Shown piece after piece: positions 10,352 to 20,060 of a stretch of 64,000 bases of DNA. This DNA comes from Candidatus Eiseniibacteriota bacterium (lineage in GTDB: Bacteria; Eisenbacteria; RBG-16-71-46; CAVPCR01), in NCBI GenBank assembly GCA_963823555.1, contig CAWGMA010000001.1:2240103-2304102 (forward strand), read 5' to 3'. The position numbers were made by a program, and so were the translations under genes. Position 1 is the stretch's first letter, and each line of letters begins with the position of its first letter. The notes under the pieces are model-generated. The model saw only the letters and a program-made list of their open reading frames with translations, ran no database searches and was not told where the DNA came from.

Positions 10352-10852
10352 ATGGAAATCTACATCATGCGTCACGCCATCGCCGCCCTGCGCGAGGAAT
10401 GGACCGGACCGGACGAGGACCGACCCCTGACACGGGCCGGCCGCTCGCGCATGCGCGTGGCGGCGCGCGGGCTCAAGAACCTCAAGGTCCGCTTCGATGT
10501 GATCATGGCGAGCCCGCTCGTGCGCGCCATCCAGACGGCCGAGGTCGTCGCCAAGGAAATCGGCCATCGATCGCCCGTGGAGATCTGTCCGGCTCTGGCT
10601 CCTGGACTCAATCCAGGCTCCCTCTACCACTTTCTCGGCTCCTTCGCGGGACGCAAGAGCTTCCTCCTCGTCGGCCACGAGCCCGACCTCGGCAACCTCG
10701 TCCTGCACCTGATCGGCGGCGCCCATGCCGACTGCTACCCGATGAAGAAGGGCGCCGTCTGTCGAGTGGACGTGGAGCAGATTCCACCCCCCGGGCCGGG
10801 CACGCTGGTCTGGGCCATGACGCCTCGGATCCTCAGGCGTCTCGGCTCCTAG
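10352..10852 (+). CDS. sixA: Phosphohistidine phosphatase SixA
   Basis: IYIMRHAIA, DRPLT, SPLVRAIQTA, LVGHEPDL. GGAGG RBS before ATG 10352. Confidence 0.9.
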   Translation: MEIYIMRHAIAALREEWTGPDEDRPLTRAGRSRMRVAARGLKNLKVRFDVIMASPLVRAIQTAEVVAKEIGHRSPVEICPALAPGLNPGSLYHFLGSFAGRKSFLLVGHEPDLGNLVLHLIGGAHADCYPMKKGAVCRVDVEQIPPPGPGTLVWAMTPRILRRLGS

Positions 10853-10894
10853 CGGCGACCCGGTTCACAGCGGCGACCGGTTCACAGCGGCGAT
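10851..10894. repeat. Short tandem repeat AGCGGCGACC(C)GGTTCAC, about 2.5 copies
   Basis: Directly visible between sixA and the HD gene. Confidence 0.7.
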
Positions 10895-10913
10895 CCGCAG
10901 CAGTGGAGTCCCC

Positions 10914-12296
10914 TTGTATCACCTGAAGACCGTGCGCGATGCCGTGCACGGAGACATCCACCTGCCCAGGGAATTCCTCTCCGTGCTCGATGCGCGCGAG
11001 ATGCAGCGGCTGCGCGGGATCAAGCAGCTCGGCACCGCCTTCCATGTCTATCCGTCGGCCCAGCACACGCGCTTCGAGCACTGTGTCGGCGCCTTCCACA
11101 TGGCGACCCGGCTCATCGACCGGCTGCGCCGCAACCATCGCTCCGATCCCGCCACGGCCGCCGAGATCACGCCCGCAGAGGAACGGATCGCCCAGCTCGC
11201 TGCCCTCGTTCACGATCTCCCCCACATCCCATTCGGCCACTCGATCGAGGATCAGGACGGCCTCTTGCCCCGGCATGACGTGCCCGAGCGGGTCCGCCGC
11301 GCGCTCGGCCACGGCGAGGTGGCCGCGGCTCTCGATCAGCTCGGCGCTCGCGCCGCGGTCGAGCGCTGCCTCACCGGACCGTCGGGCGCGGGACCCGCCC
11401 CGGAGGACCCGGGCAGCCCCGACGTGCGCCCCGGGATTCGCGAGCTGGTGAGCGAGAACGTGTGCGCCGACCTCCTCGACTACCTGGCGCGCGACGCCTT
11501 CTTCACCGGGCTTCGCCTGGCCTACGACGACCGCATCCTCGACTCGCTCAAGCTCGATCCGGAGAGCGGACATCTCTATGTCGACCTCACCAAGCACGAG
11601 ATGGAGCGTGAAGATGTGCTCTCCGAGCTCTTGAACCTGTTCCGCATCCGCTATGTCTGCTCGGAGCGCATCTACTACCACCATGCCAAGGTGGCTTCCG
11701 GCGCTCTCCTGTCGCGCGCCGTCGAGCTCTGCCTCCAGGCCGGACTCGATCCGCGCGCGTTCGATCCCCTCACCGACGCCGAGCTCGGCCCCCTCCTCAT
11801 CGCCTTCGCCGGCGAGCGCGCCTCAGGCCTGCCCCGGCTGCGCGCCGTGCCGCGGCTCATCCAGCGCTTCACCTCGCGCCGGCTCCTCAAGCGCTGCTTC
11901 GTGGCGGGCCTCGCCGGCCACGAGGACATCCAGGACCAGCTCGTGCGTCGCTTCGTCGAGAACCAGGCAGCGCGGAGCGAGGTGGAAGCCGAGATCGCTC
12001 GCGCGCTCTCGATCGCCGACCCCGCCGAGGTCATCGTCTACTGCCCGAAGAAGGCCATGCAGCTCAAGGAAGCCCGGGTCCTGGTGCGCCGCGCCGGGCG
12101 CCCCCTGGCCGCGCTCGCCGACCATGCCGACGAGCTGCCGATGCTGGGGCAGATGCTGCGCGATTACCGCTACCTGTGGAAGCTCTACGTCTTCATTCCG
12201 CCGCGCGAGCGCGCCGGCATGGAGGCCGCGGGACGCACGGCGGAGGCGGTGTTGCGGCAGGCCTTCCCCACGCTCAGGAACGGCTACCGGCCGTAG
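10914..12296 (+). CDS. HD-domain phosphohydrolase (SAMHD1/dNTP triphosphohydrolase-like)
   Basis: RDAVHG, QRLRGIKQLG, HTRFEHCVG, VHDLPHIPFGH, ADLLDYLARD, IYYHH. Confidence 0.88.
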   Translation: MYHLKTVRDAVHGDIHLPREFLSVLDAREMQRLRGIKQLGTAFHVYPSAQHTRFEHCVGAFHMATRLIDRLRRNHRSDPATAAEITPAEERIAQLAALVHDLPHIPFGHSIEDQDGLLPRHDVPERVRRALGHGEVAAALDQLGARAAVERCLTGPSGAGPAPEDPGSPDVRPGIRELVSENVCADLLDYLARDAFFTGLRLAYDDRILDSLKLDPESGHLYVDLTKHEMEREDVLSELLNLFRIRYVCSERIYYHHAKVASGALLSRAVELCLQAGLDPRAFDPLTDAELGPLLIAFAGERASGLPRLRAVPRLIQRFTSRRLLKRCFVAGLAGHEDIQDQLVRRFVENQAARSEVEAEIARALSIADPAEVIVYCPKKAMQLKEARVLVRRAGRPLAALADHADELPMLGQMLRDYRYLWKLYVFIPPRERAGMEAAGRTAEAVLRQAFPTLRNGYRP

Positions 12297-12312
12297 GGGC
12301 CAGCGCCGGCCA

Positions 12313-14109
12313 TCAGCTGTCGCGGATGCCCTGGATGCGCTTGATGCCCCGCATCGCCTCGGCGGCGGCCGGGGTCCGCGGCGCCAGGAGCACGACGCGG
12401 TTGTAGAGATCGAGCGCCTCCTGCGGCTTGCCGCCGGCCTCGTAGACCCGGGCGAAGCGTGCGGTGTCTGTGGCGAGCGATGCCACGCGTTCTTCGACCT
12501 GACCGGTGTAGGGGGTCTCGGGCCATTCCCGGAGGAAGCGCCCGCCCACCTCGAGCGAATCGAGGTCCGCCACCAGCGCCCGCATCCGCACCCGCGCGTG
12601 CTGGGCGATCGCCGTGTCCGGGGGTGCATCGACGATCGCGTAGCAGACCGCGGGGTCGGTGACATCGTCGAGGGCGCGCAGAAGCTCCTCGTGTCCCTCG
12701 TCGTGCAGGGAGTCGGCCGCGGCGTCGTGGGCGAGCACGGCCAGCAACGGAGCTGCAGCGTTGGCCCGCCCGAGATGGAGATAGCGGCGAGCCAGCGCCA
12801 GACGCACCCCGGGAGCCCGGTCATGGTCGGCGTAGTTCTCGAGGAAGATCTCGAGCGTCTCGTTGGAAGCGGCTCCCGGCGAATCGATCACGCGCAGAAC
12901 GACCGGGAGGTTCTCGTCCAGATCGATCGTGACGAGCTTCCTCTCACCGCGCAGCGAATCGAGCGCTTCGTCATCGACGCCGGCCGCCGTGAGTCGCGCG
13001 ATCGCCGAGTCGGCCTCGACCTGGACCGCGCGCAGGCGCTGGGCGACCACCGGCTTGTGGCGCTCGTGGGTGAGCCGGAAGCGCACGAGCTCGAGCTCGA
13101 TCTCGGCCTCGGCGCCCTGTCCCGGCCCGGCCCGGGCGGCCGCGCGAAAGAGCAGATTGGCGGTGGCGCCGTCGTGGCGGCGGGCCTCATCGACCAGCGT
13201 GGCCTGAGCGCGCAACCGATAGTTGGCGACGCTGGCTGAATCCGGGGCGCTCAGGCGCGGCCCCACGCGCGCGCGCGCCGCCGTGGCGCGGTCGGTGAAG
13301 TAGGGATGCGTGCGCCAGTAGCCGTACTCGGTGTCCTCGTAGATGCGCTGGTGGAGCGTTTCGAGCAGCTCGACGCTGCCGGCCGGATCGTAGCCAGCGC
13401 GGGTGGCCAGCCGGTAGCCGACCTCGTCGGCTTCGGTCTCGAGCTTGCGCGAGAACCCGCGCAGGAAGAGCTCGCGGAACACCGAGCTGAAGATCGCCGA
13501 GCCCTGGAGCGCGGCCTGGGCTCCGGAGACGCTCACCTGCTCGACGCCGTAGTCATCGGTGGTGCGGGTGGCCGTGCCGCCCCCGACCCGGCTCGCTCCG
13601 ATGGCGAGACCGACCATGGCCGCCGTCTGGAGGAGCGAGGTGATCGCGCTCCAGGTGCCCATGCGCGCCGAGTGGCGGTTGCGCACGTGCGTGATCTCGT
13701 GGCCCAGCAGATAAGCGACCGCGTCATCGCTGATCTCGGTGTCGAGGAGCCCCTGGGTGATGAAGACGAAGCCTCCGGGTACCGCGAAGGCGTTGGGGAC
13801 ATCCATGGGGACGACATAGAAGGTGAGGACCGTGACCGGATCGTCGGCGGCCAGGGCGACCCGCGATCCGATGTCGTAGATGCGCTTGATCTCCGCCTGG
13901 TCGTCGCTGATCCCGACCTCGCGGGCGACGGCGAGCGCCACCTCGAGGCCGAGATCGAAATCGCCGCGATCGATACGAATCGGGCTGACCTGAGGCGTCG
14001 CGTCGGCGCGAGCCTGGGGGATGACCCCGGATACGGGGAGAAAGAGGCCCTCGAGCACGGCGAGGAGGAGGACCAGCACTCGCCTGGGGCCGGACGGGAT
14101 CTTCATCAT
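12313..14109 (-). CDS. Exported M48-family zinc metalloprotease with a helical/TPR C-terminus
   Basis: Signal-like N-terminus, PNAFAVPGG, LGHEITH (HExxH), ETEADEVG, RTHP. Confidence 0.88.
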   Translation of the reverse strand: MMKIPSGPRRVLVLLLAVLEGLFLPVSGVIPQARADATPQVSPIRIDRGDFDLGLEVALAVAREVGISDDQAEIKRIYDIGSRVALAADDPVTVLTFYVVPMDVPNAFAVPGGFVFITQGLLDTEISDDAVAYLLGHEITHVRNRHSARMGTWSAITSLLQTAAMVGLAIGASRVGGGTATRTTDDYGVEQVSVSGAQAALQGSAIFSSVFRELFLRGFSRKLETEADEVGYRLATRAGYDPAGSVELLETLHQRIYEDTEYGYWRTHPYFTDRATAARARVGPRLSAPDSASVANYRLRAQATLVDEARRHDGATANLLFRAAARAGPGQGAEAEIELELVRFRLTHERHKPVVAQRLRAVQVEADSAIARLTAAGVDDEALDSLRGERKLVTIDLDENLPVVLRVIDSPGAASNETLEIFLENYADHDRAPGVRLALARRYLHLGRANAAAPLLAVLAHDAAADSLHDEGHEELLRALDDVTDPAVCYAIVDAPPDTAIAQHARVRMRALVADLDSLEVGGRFLREWPETPYTGQVEERVASLATDTARFARVYEAGGKPQEALDLYNRVVLLAPRTPAAAEAMRGIKRIQGIRDS

Positions 14110-14221
14110 GCGATCATACCCGACACCACGGCCCGGCGTTCCAGCCCGGGGCGGGGCCGGCGGCCTCCCCGACCCCGGGCCGGCCTGCCCGCACGCCCCC
14201 GCTCGTGCTAAGCTCGCGCCC

Positions 14222-15448
14222 ATGAGCCAAATCGACACTCCAGCTCCTGCGCCGACGCCGGCGCGAACGATGGCCAGCACCGACCAGCCGGATCCCTTCG
14301 ACTTCTATGACATCGCCGAGACCTTGACCGTTGAGGAGCGCCTCGTCCGGCAGACGGTGCGCGACCTGGTCGAGCGCGAGGTGATGCCGACCATCGAGGA
14401 TCACTTCCGGGACGGGACCTTCCCCCGGGACCTGGTCCCCGTTCTCGCCCGGAACGGGCTCCTCGGGGCCACCGTTCCGGAGGAGTACGGCGGCGCCGGG
14501 CTCGGACCGGTCGCCAACGGGCTCATCATGCTCGAGCTCGAGCGCGGCGACTCCGGCGTCCGGAGCTTCGCCTCGGTCCAGGGTTCGCTCGTCATGTATC
14601 CCATCCTGCGCTACGGCAGCGAGGAGCAGAAGCGGGAGTGGCTACCCCGGCTCGCCGCCGGCGAGGCGATCGGCTGCTACGGCCTCACCGAGCCCGACCA
14701 CGGCTCCGACCCCGGCGGCATGGAGACTCGCGCCGAGCGGCGCGGGGACCGCTGGATCGTGAACGGGCGCAAGATGTGGATCACGAACGGCGGCATGGCC
14801 CAAGTCGCCGTGGTCTGGGCCAGGACCAGCGATGGCTTCCGCGGCTTCCTGATCGAGACCAGGACGCCCGGTTTCTCCACCGTCGACATGCACAACAAGT
14901 GGTCGCTGCGAGCCTCGGTCACCTCCGAGCTGATCCTCGAGGACGTCGAGATCCCCGACTCCGCCCGCCTGCCCGGAGCCAAGGGCCTCGGGGCTCCCCT
15001 CTCCTGCCTGAACCAGGCGCGCTACGGCATCAGCTGGGGCGCCATCGGCGCCGCCATCGCCTGCTACGAGACGGCGCGGCGGCATGCGCTCGAACGCACG
15101 CAGTTCGGCCAGCCGATCGGCGGCTTCCAGCTGGTCCAGGCGGCGCTCACCGACATGGCCACCGCCATCACGCAAGCGCAGCTCCTGTCGCTCCGGCTCG
15201 GGAGGCTGAAGGAGGCCGGGCGCGACCATGCCGCGCGGGTGTCGATGGCCAAGCGGCAGAACGTGGCCATGGCTCTCGACATCGCCCGTTCGGCGCGCGA
15301 GGTGCTCGGCGCCATCGGCATCACCGGTGAAGTGCCCATCATGCGTCACATGATGAACCTCGAATCGGTGAAGACGTATGAGGGCACGCATCAGATCCAT
15401 ACCCTCATCGTCGGCCAGGCGATCACCGGGATCGAGGCGTTCCGCTAG
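14222..15448 (+). CDS. gcdH: Acyl-CoA dehydrogenase, glutaryl-CoA dehydrogenase-like
   Basis: GCYGLTEPDHGSDPGGM, KWSLRASVTSEL, LESVKTYEGTHQIH. Confidence 0.8.
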   Translation: MSQIDTPAPAPTPARTMASTDQPDPFDFYDIAETLTVEERLVRQTVRDLVEREVMPTIEDHFRDGTFPRDLVPVLARNGLLGATVPEEYGGAGLGPVANGLIMLELERGDSGVRSFASVQGSLVMYPILRYGSEEQKREWLPRLAAGEAIGCYGLTEPDHGSDPGGMETRAERRGDRWIVNGRKMWITNGGMAQVAVVWARTSDGFRGFLIETRTPGFSTVDMHNKWSLRASVTSELILEDVEIPDSARLPGAKGLGAPLSCLNQARYGISWGAIGAAIACYETARRHALERTQFGQPIGGFQLVQAALTDMATAITQAQLLSLRLGRLKEAGRDHAARVSMAKRQNVAMALDIARSAREVLGAIGITGEVPIMRHMMNLESVKTYEGTHQIHTLIVGQAITGIEAFR

Positions 15449-15483
15449 GCGAGCCCCGGGGAGCCGGCCCCGACGCCGAACCG

Positions 15484-16479
15484 TCAGGGCACCACGTTGA
15501 CGATGGCGAGGGCGTTCTCGGCTTGCAGCGTGACGTAGGCCGTCGACGACGAGACGAACAGCACATCGGTGGGACCGAGCCCTACCGTGATCTCGTCGAC
15601 CACGATCCGGCGATCGGTCTCGATGAGCGTGAGCGAATTGGATCCCGAGTTGGCGACCAGCACGTAGCGACCATCCGGGGAGACATCGAGACCGAGCGGC
15701 TCGGCACCCACCGGGATCTCGCGTTCGACGAGACCCGAGTCGAGCCCCACCACCAGCACGCGATTGTCGGCCGAGATGTACGCCGTGGACTCGTCGGGGT
15801 CGAGCGCGATGAAACTGGCGCCCGGGCGCGTGAGAATCGTGTCCACCACGGTGAACACCGAGGGGTTGAACTCGAGCGCGAACAGCTTGCCCCGGTCGTG
15901 ACCGACCACGTAGGCGCGAGCGGGGAAACGCTCCTTGGTCATGATCAACCCGGCCGGGCGATCGTCGAGCACCAGGGTCCGCCGCGAGTAGTCGAAGTCC
16001 CGGTCGAAGAGGGCGATCAGACCCGGCTCGTAGGCGGTGGCGAGGAGAAAGCGACCGTCGGGAGAGGCGGCGACCAGGTTGGCCGTCTGCCCGACGATGA
16101 CGGAGTCGATGACCGTGCCCTGACCGCGCAGATCCATGATCATGACGCTCGAACCGGCCACGTTGGCGGCGTAGAGCTCCTGCGAGCCCGGGGCGTAGGC
16201 GAGACCCAGCGTCGACTGGCCGACGTAGATGCTGCGCAGCACGCCGGCATCCGCCGCTCGCCGCACCGAGACCCAGCCGTACTTGAGGTCGCCGAGCACG
16301 AAGGTGCCGGGCACGGGGCCCGGCGCCAGGAGATTGGGGCTGTAGCCGACGTTCTCGACTCGCGCCGCGACCCGCAGCTCCGCCCGGCGCGCCGCGATCG
16401 GGCCCGGGGCCACGACCATCGTGACGGCGCTCACCACCAGGACCGCGACGATGAGGCGAGACAAGGATCGAGCGTTCAT
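15484..16479 (-). CDS. Exported YncE/YVTN-type beta-propeller protein
   Basis: Signal peptide and repeated IPVGAEPLGLDVSPDG..VANSGSNS-type blades. Confidence 0.85.
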   Translation of the reverse strand: MNARSLSRLIVAVLVVSAVTMVVAPGPIAARRAELRVAARVENVGYSPNLLAPGPVPGTFVLGDLKYGWVSVRRAADAGVLRSIYVGQSTLGLAYAPGSQELYAANVAGSSVMIMDLRGQGTVIDSVIVGQTANLVAASPDGRFLLATAYEPGLIALFDRDFDYSRRTLVLDDRPAGLIMTKERFPARAYVVGHDRGKLFALEFNPSVFTVVDTILTRPGASFIALDPDESTAYISADNRVLVVGLDSGLVEREIPVGAEPLGLDVSPDGRYVLVANSGSNSLTLIETDRRIVVDEITVGLGPTDVLFVSSSTAYVTLQAENALAIVNVVP

Positions 16480-16594
16480 ATGAGGGTCGGCCCGTCCCGG
16501 GAATGGGCCCGTCGCCCATCGCTCACGGGGCCCGACCACGGTAGACCATGGTGGACACGAGGGCAAGGCGGCCGCCCCGCGGGTTCGCGCGGCG

Positions 16595-16623
16595 TTGACG
16601 TCCGTGCATCATAACAATAGAAT
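16595..16623 (+). promoter_or_regulatory. Sigma70-type promoter of pheST
   Basis: TTGACG-N17-TAGAAT just upstream of ATG 16657. Confidence 0.65.
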
Positions 16624-16656
16624 CCACCGCTACTTCAGACTTCAATCGAAAGACCC

Positions 16657-18249
16657 ATGGTGAACACCCAAGACCCCGATGCCATCGCCGGCATGCTGGC
16701 GAGCCTGCACCCGCTCGAAGTCAAGACGCTCGGCGCGCTCGACGGCGAAGCCGAGCTGGGCGAGCAGGACCTCGCGGCGAAGGCGAATCTCGAGCCCGAA
16801 CAGGTGCGGACGGCGGTGCAGTGGCTCCTCGCCAAGGAGCTCATCGCGGCGAGGACCACCGAGCAGTTCACCGAGGTCACGCTATCCGAGGTCGGTCACC
16901 GCCACGCCGAGCTCGGCGTCCCCGAGACCCGCATCCTCAAGCTCCTCGCTCCGGACCGGAGTCCGGAGAGCCCCGCGACCATGGCGAGCGTCACGGCGCA
17001 TCCCGATCTGGCCGGCGAGGACGTCGCCGCCGCCTGCGGCGCGCTCAAGAAGCTGGGCGCGATCGATATCGGCCGCGGCGGAGCTCTCGTCGCCGCCGCT
17101 CCGGAGAAGGCCCAGGCCTATGCCGCCCTCGAGGCCCTCATCGGCCGGATCGCCAGGAGCCCGGGCACGGTCCGCCTCGATGAGCTACCCGCGGCGGATC
17201 GCACCCTGGTCGAGGACAACGCGCGCAAGCGCGGCAAGGGTCGCGGCGCCTTCCGCCTCGCCGATCGCGAGCGCTCGCGCTACGAGCTCACTCGATCCGG
17301 CGCTGCCGCTGCGGCCGCTCTCCGCGCCGCCGATCTCTCGGGAGACGAGGTGTCCTCGCTCACCGCCGACATGCTCCGGGATGGCAAGTGGCGCCGGCTC
17401 CGCTTCCGCCGCTACAACCTCGCGCTCAAGCCGTCGCGCGTCCTCATCGGACGGCGCCACCCCTACGCCGAGTTCCTGGACCAGGTGCGGGAGAAGTTCG
17501 TCGCGCTGGGCTTCGCGGAGATGCGGGGCGATCTCGTCGAGAACGAGTTCTGGAACATGGACGCGCTGTTCATGCCGCAGTTCCACTCGGCGCGCGACAT
17601 CCACGACGTCTACTACGTCAAGCAGCCGACGCATGCCCGCGCGATCGAGGAGCCCTTCGGCCGGCAGGTGGCGGCGGCGCACGAGTCGGGAGGAACGACG
17701 GGAAGCCGCGGCTGGCGCTATCCCTTCGATTTCGAGCGCGCCAAGCGCCTCGTGCTGCGCAGCCAGGGCACGGCGCTCTCGGCGCGCACGCTGGCCGGGA
17801 CCCCGAACATCCCCGGCAAGTACTTCGCCATCGCGCGGTGCTTCCGCTACGACCAGGTGGATGCCACCCACGCCTCGGACTTCTTCCAGGTCGAGGGCAT
17901 CGTCCTCGGCGAGCGGATCAATTTCCGACACCTGCTCGGCCTGCTCACGCTCTTCGCCGCGGAGGTGGCCGGGGCCAGGGAGATCCGCTTCGCGCCCGCC
18001 TACTTCCCGTTCACCGAGCCCTCGGTCGAGCTCCACACCAATCACCCGGTGCTCGGCTGGATGGAGCTCGGAGGCGCCGGGATCTTCCGGCCGGAGCTGA
18101 CCGCCGCGCTCGGCGTCGACGTCCCCGTCCTCGCCTGGGGACTCGGGCTCGATCGCATGGCGATGACCGCGCTTGGCCTCAACGACATCCGGCAACTGTT
18201 CACGACCGATCTCGAGTTCATGCGTACCCGGCGTCAAGAGGCGCCATAA
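16657..18249 (+). CDS. pheS: Phenylalanine-tRNA ligase alpha subunit, archaeal/eukaryotic type
   Basis: 530 aa with a long N-terminal extension; FWNMDALFMPQFHSARD, FRYDQVDATH..FFQVEG, YFPFTEPS, WGLGLDR. Confidence 0.95.
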   Translation: MVNTQDPDAIAGMLASLHPLEVKTLGALDGEAELGEQDLAAKANLEPEQVRTAVQWLLAKELIAARTTEQFTEVTLSEVGHRHAELGVPETRILKLLAPDRSPESPATMASVTAHPDLAGEDVAAACGALKKLGAIDIGRGGALVAAAPEKAQAYAALEALIGRIARSPGTVRLDELPAADRTLVEDNARKRGKGRGAFRLADRERSRYELTRSGAAAAAALRAADLSGDEVSSLTADMLRDGKWRRLRFRRYNLALKPSRVLIGRRHPYAEFLDQVREKFVALGFAEMRGDLVENEFWNMDALFMPQFHSARDIHDVYYVKQPTHARAIEEPFGRQVAAAHESGGTTGSRGWRYPFDFERAKRLVLRSQGTALSARTLAGTPNIPGKYFAIARCFRYDQVDATHASDFFQVEGIVLGERINFRHLLGLLTLFAAEVAGAREIRFAPAYFPFTEPSVELHTNHPVLGWMELGGAGIFRPELTAALGVDVPVLAWGLGLDRMAMTALGLNDIRQLFTTDLEFMRTRRQEAP

Positions 18250-18258
18250 CAGGATCCC

Positions 18259-19989
18259 ATGCCGACCATCGTCGTCATCAAGCGAGACCTGGAGGAGCTC
18301 CTCGGCGCGCCGTTCGAGCTCGACGCCCTGGAGCGCGAGCTCGAGCTCGCCAAGGGCGAGATCAAGGGCTACGACCCGGTGAGCGACGAGATCAAGGTCG
18401 AGCTCAACGACACCAATCGCCCCGATCTGTGGTCACCCGAGGGACTCGCCCGCACGCTCCAGCTGGCCCGGGGCGGAGCGGCGCGCGACTACGGGTTCCC
18501 GGAGCCCGCGGCCAGCGAGGGCGATCGCCCCGAGATCCACGTCGACGCCGCGCTCGAGTCGATCCGACCCTTCGTCGCCGGATTCCTGGCCTCCGGCCCG
18601 CCCCTCGGCGACCCCGAGCTCAGGAGCCTCATCCAGTCGCAGGAGAAGCTCGCCGAGAACTTCGGCCAGAAGCGGCGCGCGGTCGCCATCGGCGTCTATC
18701 GCGCCGGTGCCATCCGCTTCCCCATCCACTACCGGGCGGCCGACCCCGCAACCGAGCGCTACGTGCCGCTGGGGCACGCGGAGCCGCTCACCCTCACCGC
18801 CATCCTCGACGAGCATGTCAAGGGCCAGGAGTACGGGCATCTGCTCCGCGGCCAGCCGCGCTTCCCGCTCCTCGTCGACAGCGCCGGCGAGGTGCTGTCG
18901 ATGCCCCCCATCGTCAACAGCCACTCCCTCGGTGCGGTGGCCGTGGGCGACTCGCACCTCTTCGTCGAGGTCACCGGGCACGATCTGCGATCGCTCTTCC
19001 TCGCCCTGAACATCGCCGCCTGCGACCTCGCCGATCGCGGGGCGAAGATCGAGCCGGTGAGGGTGGTCTACCCCTACGACACGCCCTACGGGCGACGGGT
19101 GACGACTCCTTGCGACTTCGCCGGAACGACCGTGGTCCCGCTCCCGCTGATGGCTCGGCTCCTGGGCGAGAACCTGCCGGCGGCCGAGATCACGTCTCAT
19201 CTCGGCCGCATGGGCTATCGCGATGTGAAGGCCGAGGACCGAGACGGCGCCGGCGCGATCACCGCGACCCCTCCCCTCTACCGCGACGACATCCTGCATC
19301 CGGTGGATGTCGTCGAGGACATCGCCATCGCACGGGGCTACAACTCGTTCGCTCCCATTCTGCCCGAGGAGTTCACCGTCGGTCGCCTCTCACCGGAGGA
19401 AGAGCTGGCGCATCGCATCGGCGATCTCATGATCGGCGCCGGCTACCAGCAGGTGGTCTCGAACATCCTCTCCTCCCGCGAGGTCCTCGTCGATCGCATG
19501 AACCGCACCGAGGGTCCGGGGCTCGTCGAGATCGACAACGTGATGTCGGCCAACTACTCGGTGCTCCGCGACTCGGTCGTGCCGTCACTGCTCCAGGTCG
19601 AGGCCGTGAGCTCGAAGGCGCTCTATCCGCATCGCATGTTCGAGGTCGGCGAGTGCGCCGTGGTCGACCCGGCCACGATTCTCGGCACCCGCACCCGGCT
19701 CCTGGCGAGCGCTCTCCTCGCGCATCCCGCCGCCACCTTCTCCGAGCTGCACTCGACGCTCGACACCGTGCTCTTCTATCTCGCCCGCGACTACGAGCTC
19801 GAGCCGATCGCTCACCCCTCCTGCATCGAGGGCCGGGCCGGACGCATCCGTATCGCCGGGCGCGACGCGGGCTGGATCGGCGAGCTCTCGCCGGCCTGTC
19901 TCGAGCGCTGGGGCATCGGCGTGCCGGCGAGCGCGTTCGAGCTCGATCTGAACCTCCTTCTCAATAACAGCAACAACAGCGACGGCTGA
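18259..19989 (+). CDS. pheT: Phenylalanine-tRNA ligase beta subunit, archaeal/eukaryotic type
   Basis: 576 aa starting MPTI, with DTNRPDLWSPEG, LSMPPIVNS and RDDILHPVDVVEDIAIARGYN. Lacks the bacterial OB-fold and anticodon-binding domains. Confidence 0.95.
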   Translation: MPTIVVIKRDLEELLGAPFELDALERELELAKGEIKGYDPVSDEIKVELNDTNRPDLWSPEGLARTLQLARGGAARDYGFPEPAASEGDRPEIHVDAALESIRPFVAGFLASGPPLGDPELRSLIQSQEKLAENFGQKRRAVAIGVYRAGAIRFPIHYRAADPATERYVPLGHAEPLTLTAILDEHVKGQEYGHLLRGQPRFPLLVDSAGEVLSMPPIVNSHSLGAVAVGDSHLFVEVTGHDLRSLFLALNIAACDLADRGAKIEPVRVVYPYDTPYGRRVTTPCDFAGTTVVPLPLMARLLGENLPAAEITSHLGRMGYRDVKAEDRDGAGAITATPPLYRDDILHPVDVVEDIAIARGYNSFAPILPEEFTVGRLSPEEELAHRIGDLMIGAGYQQVVSNILSSREVLVDRMNRTEGPGLVEIDNVMSANYSVLRDSVVPSLLQVEAVSSKALYPHRMFEVGECAVVDPATILGTRTRLLASALLAHPAATFSELHSTLDTVLFYLARDYELEPIAHPSCIEGRAGRIRIAGRDAGWIGELSPACLERWGIGVPASAFELDLNLLLNNSNNSDG

Positions 19990-20060
19990 CCTGGAAGCTT
20001 GCCGGGGCGGATGATCGGCGCGATAATGAGGCCGGTCCCGACACCAAGGGAGGGTCCGCC

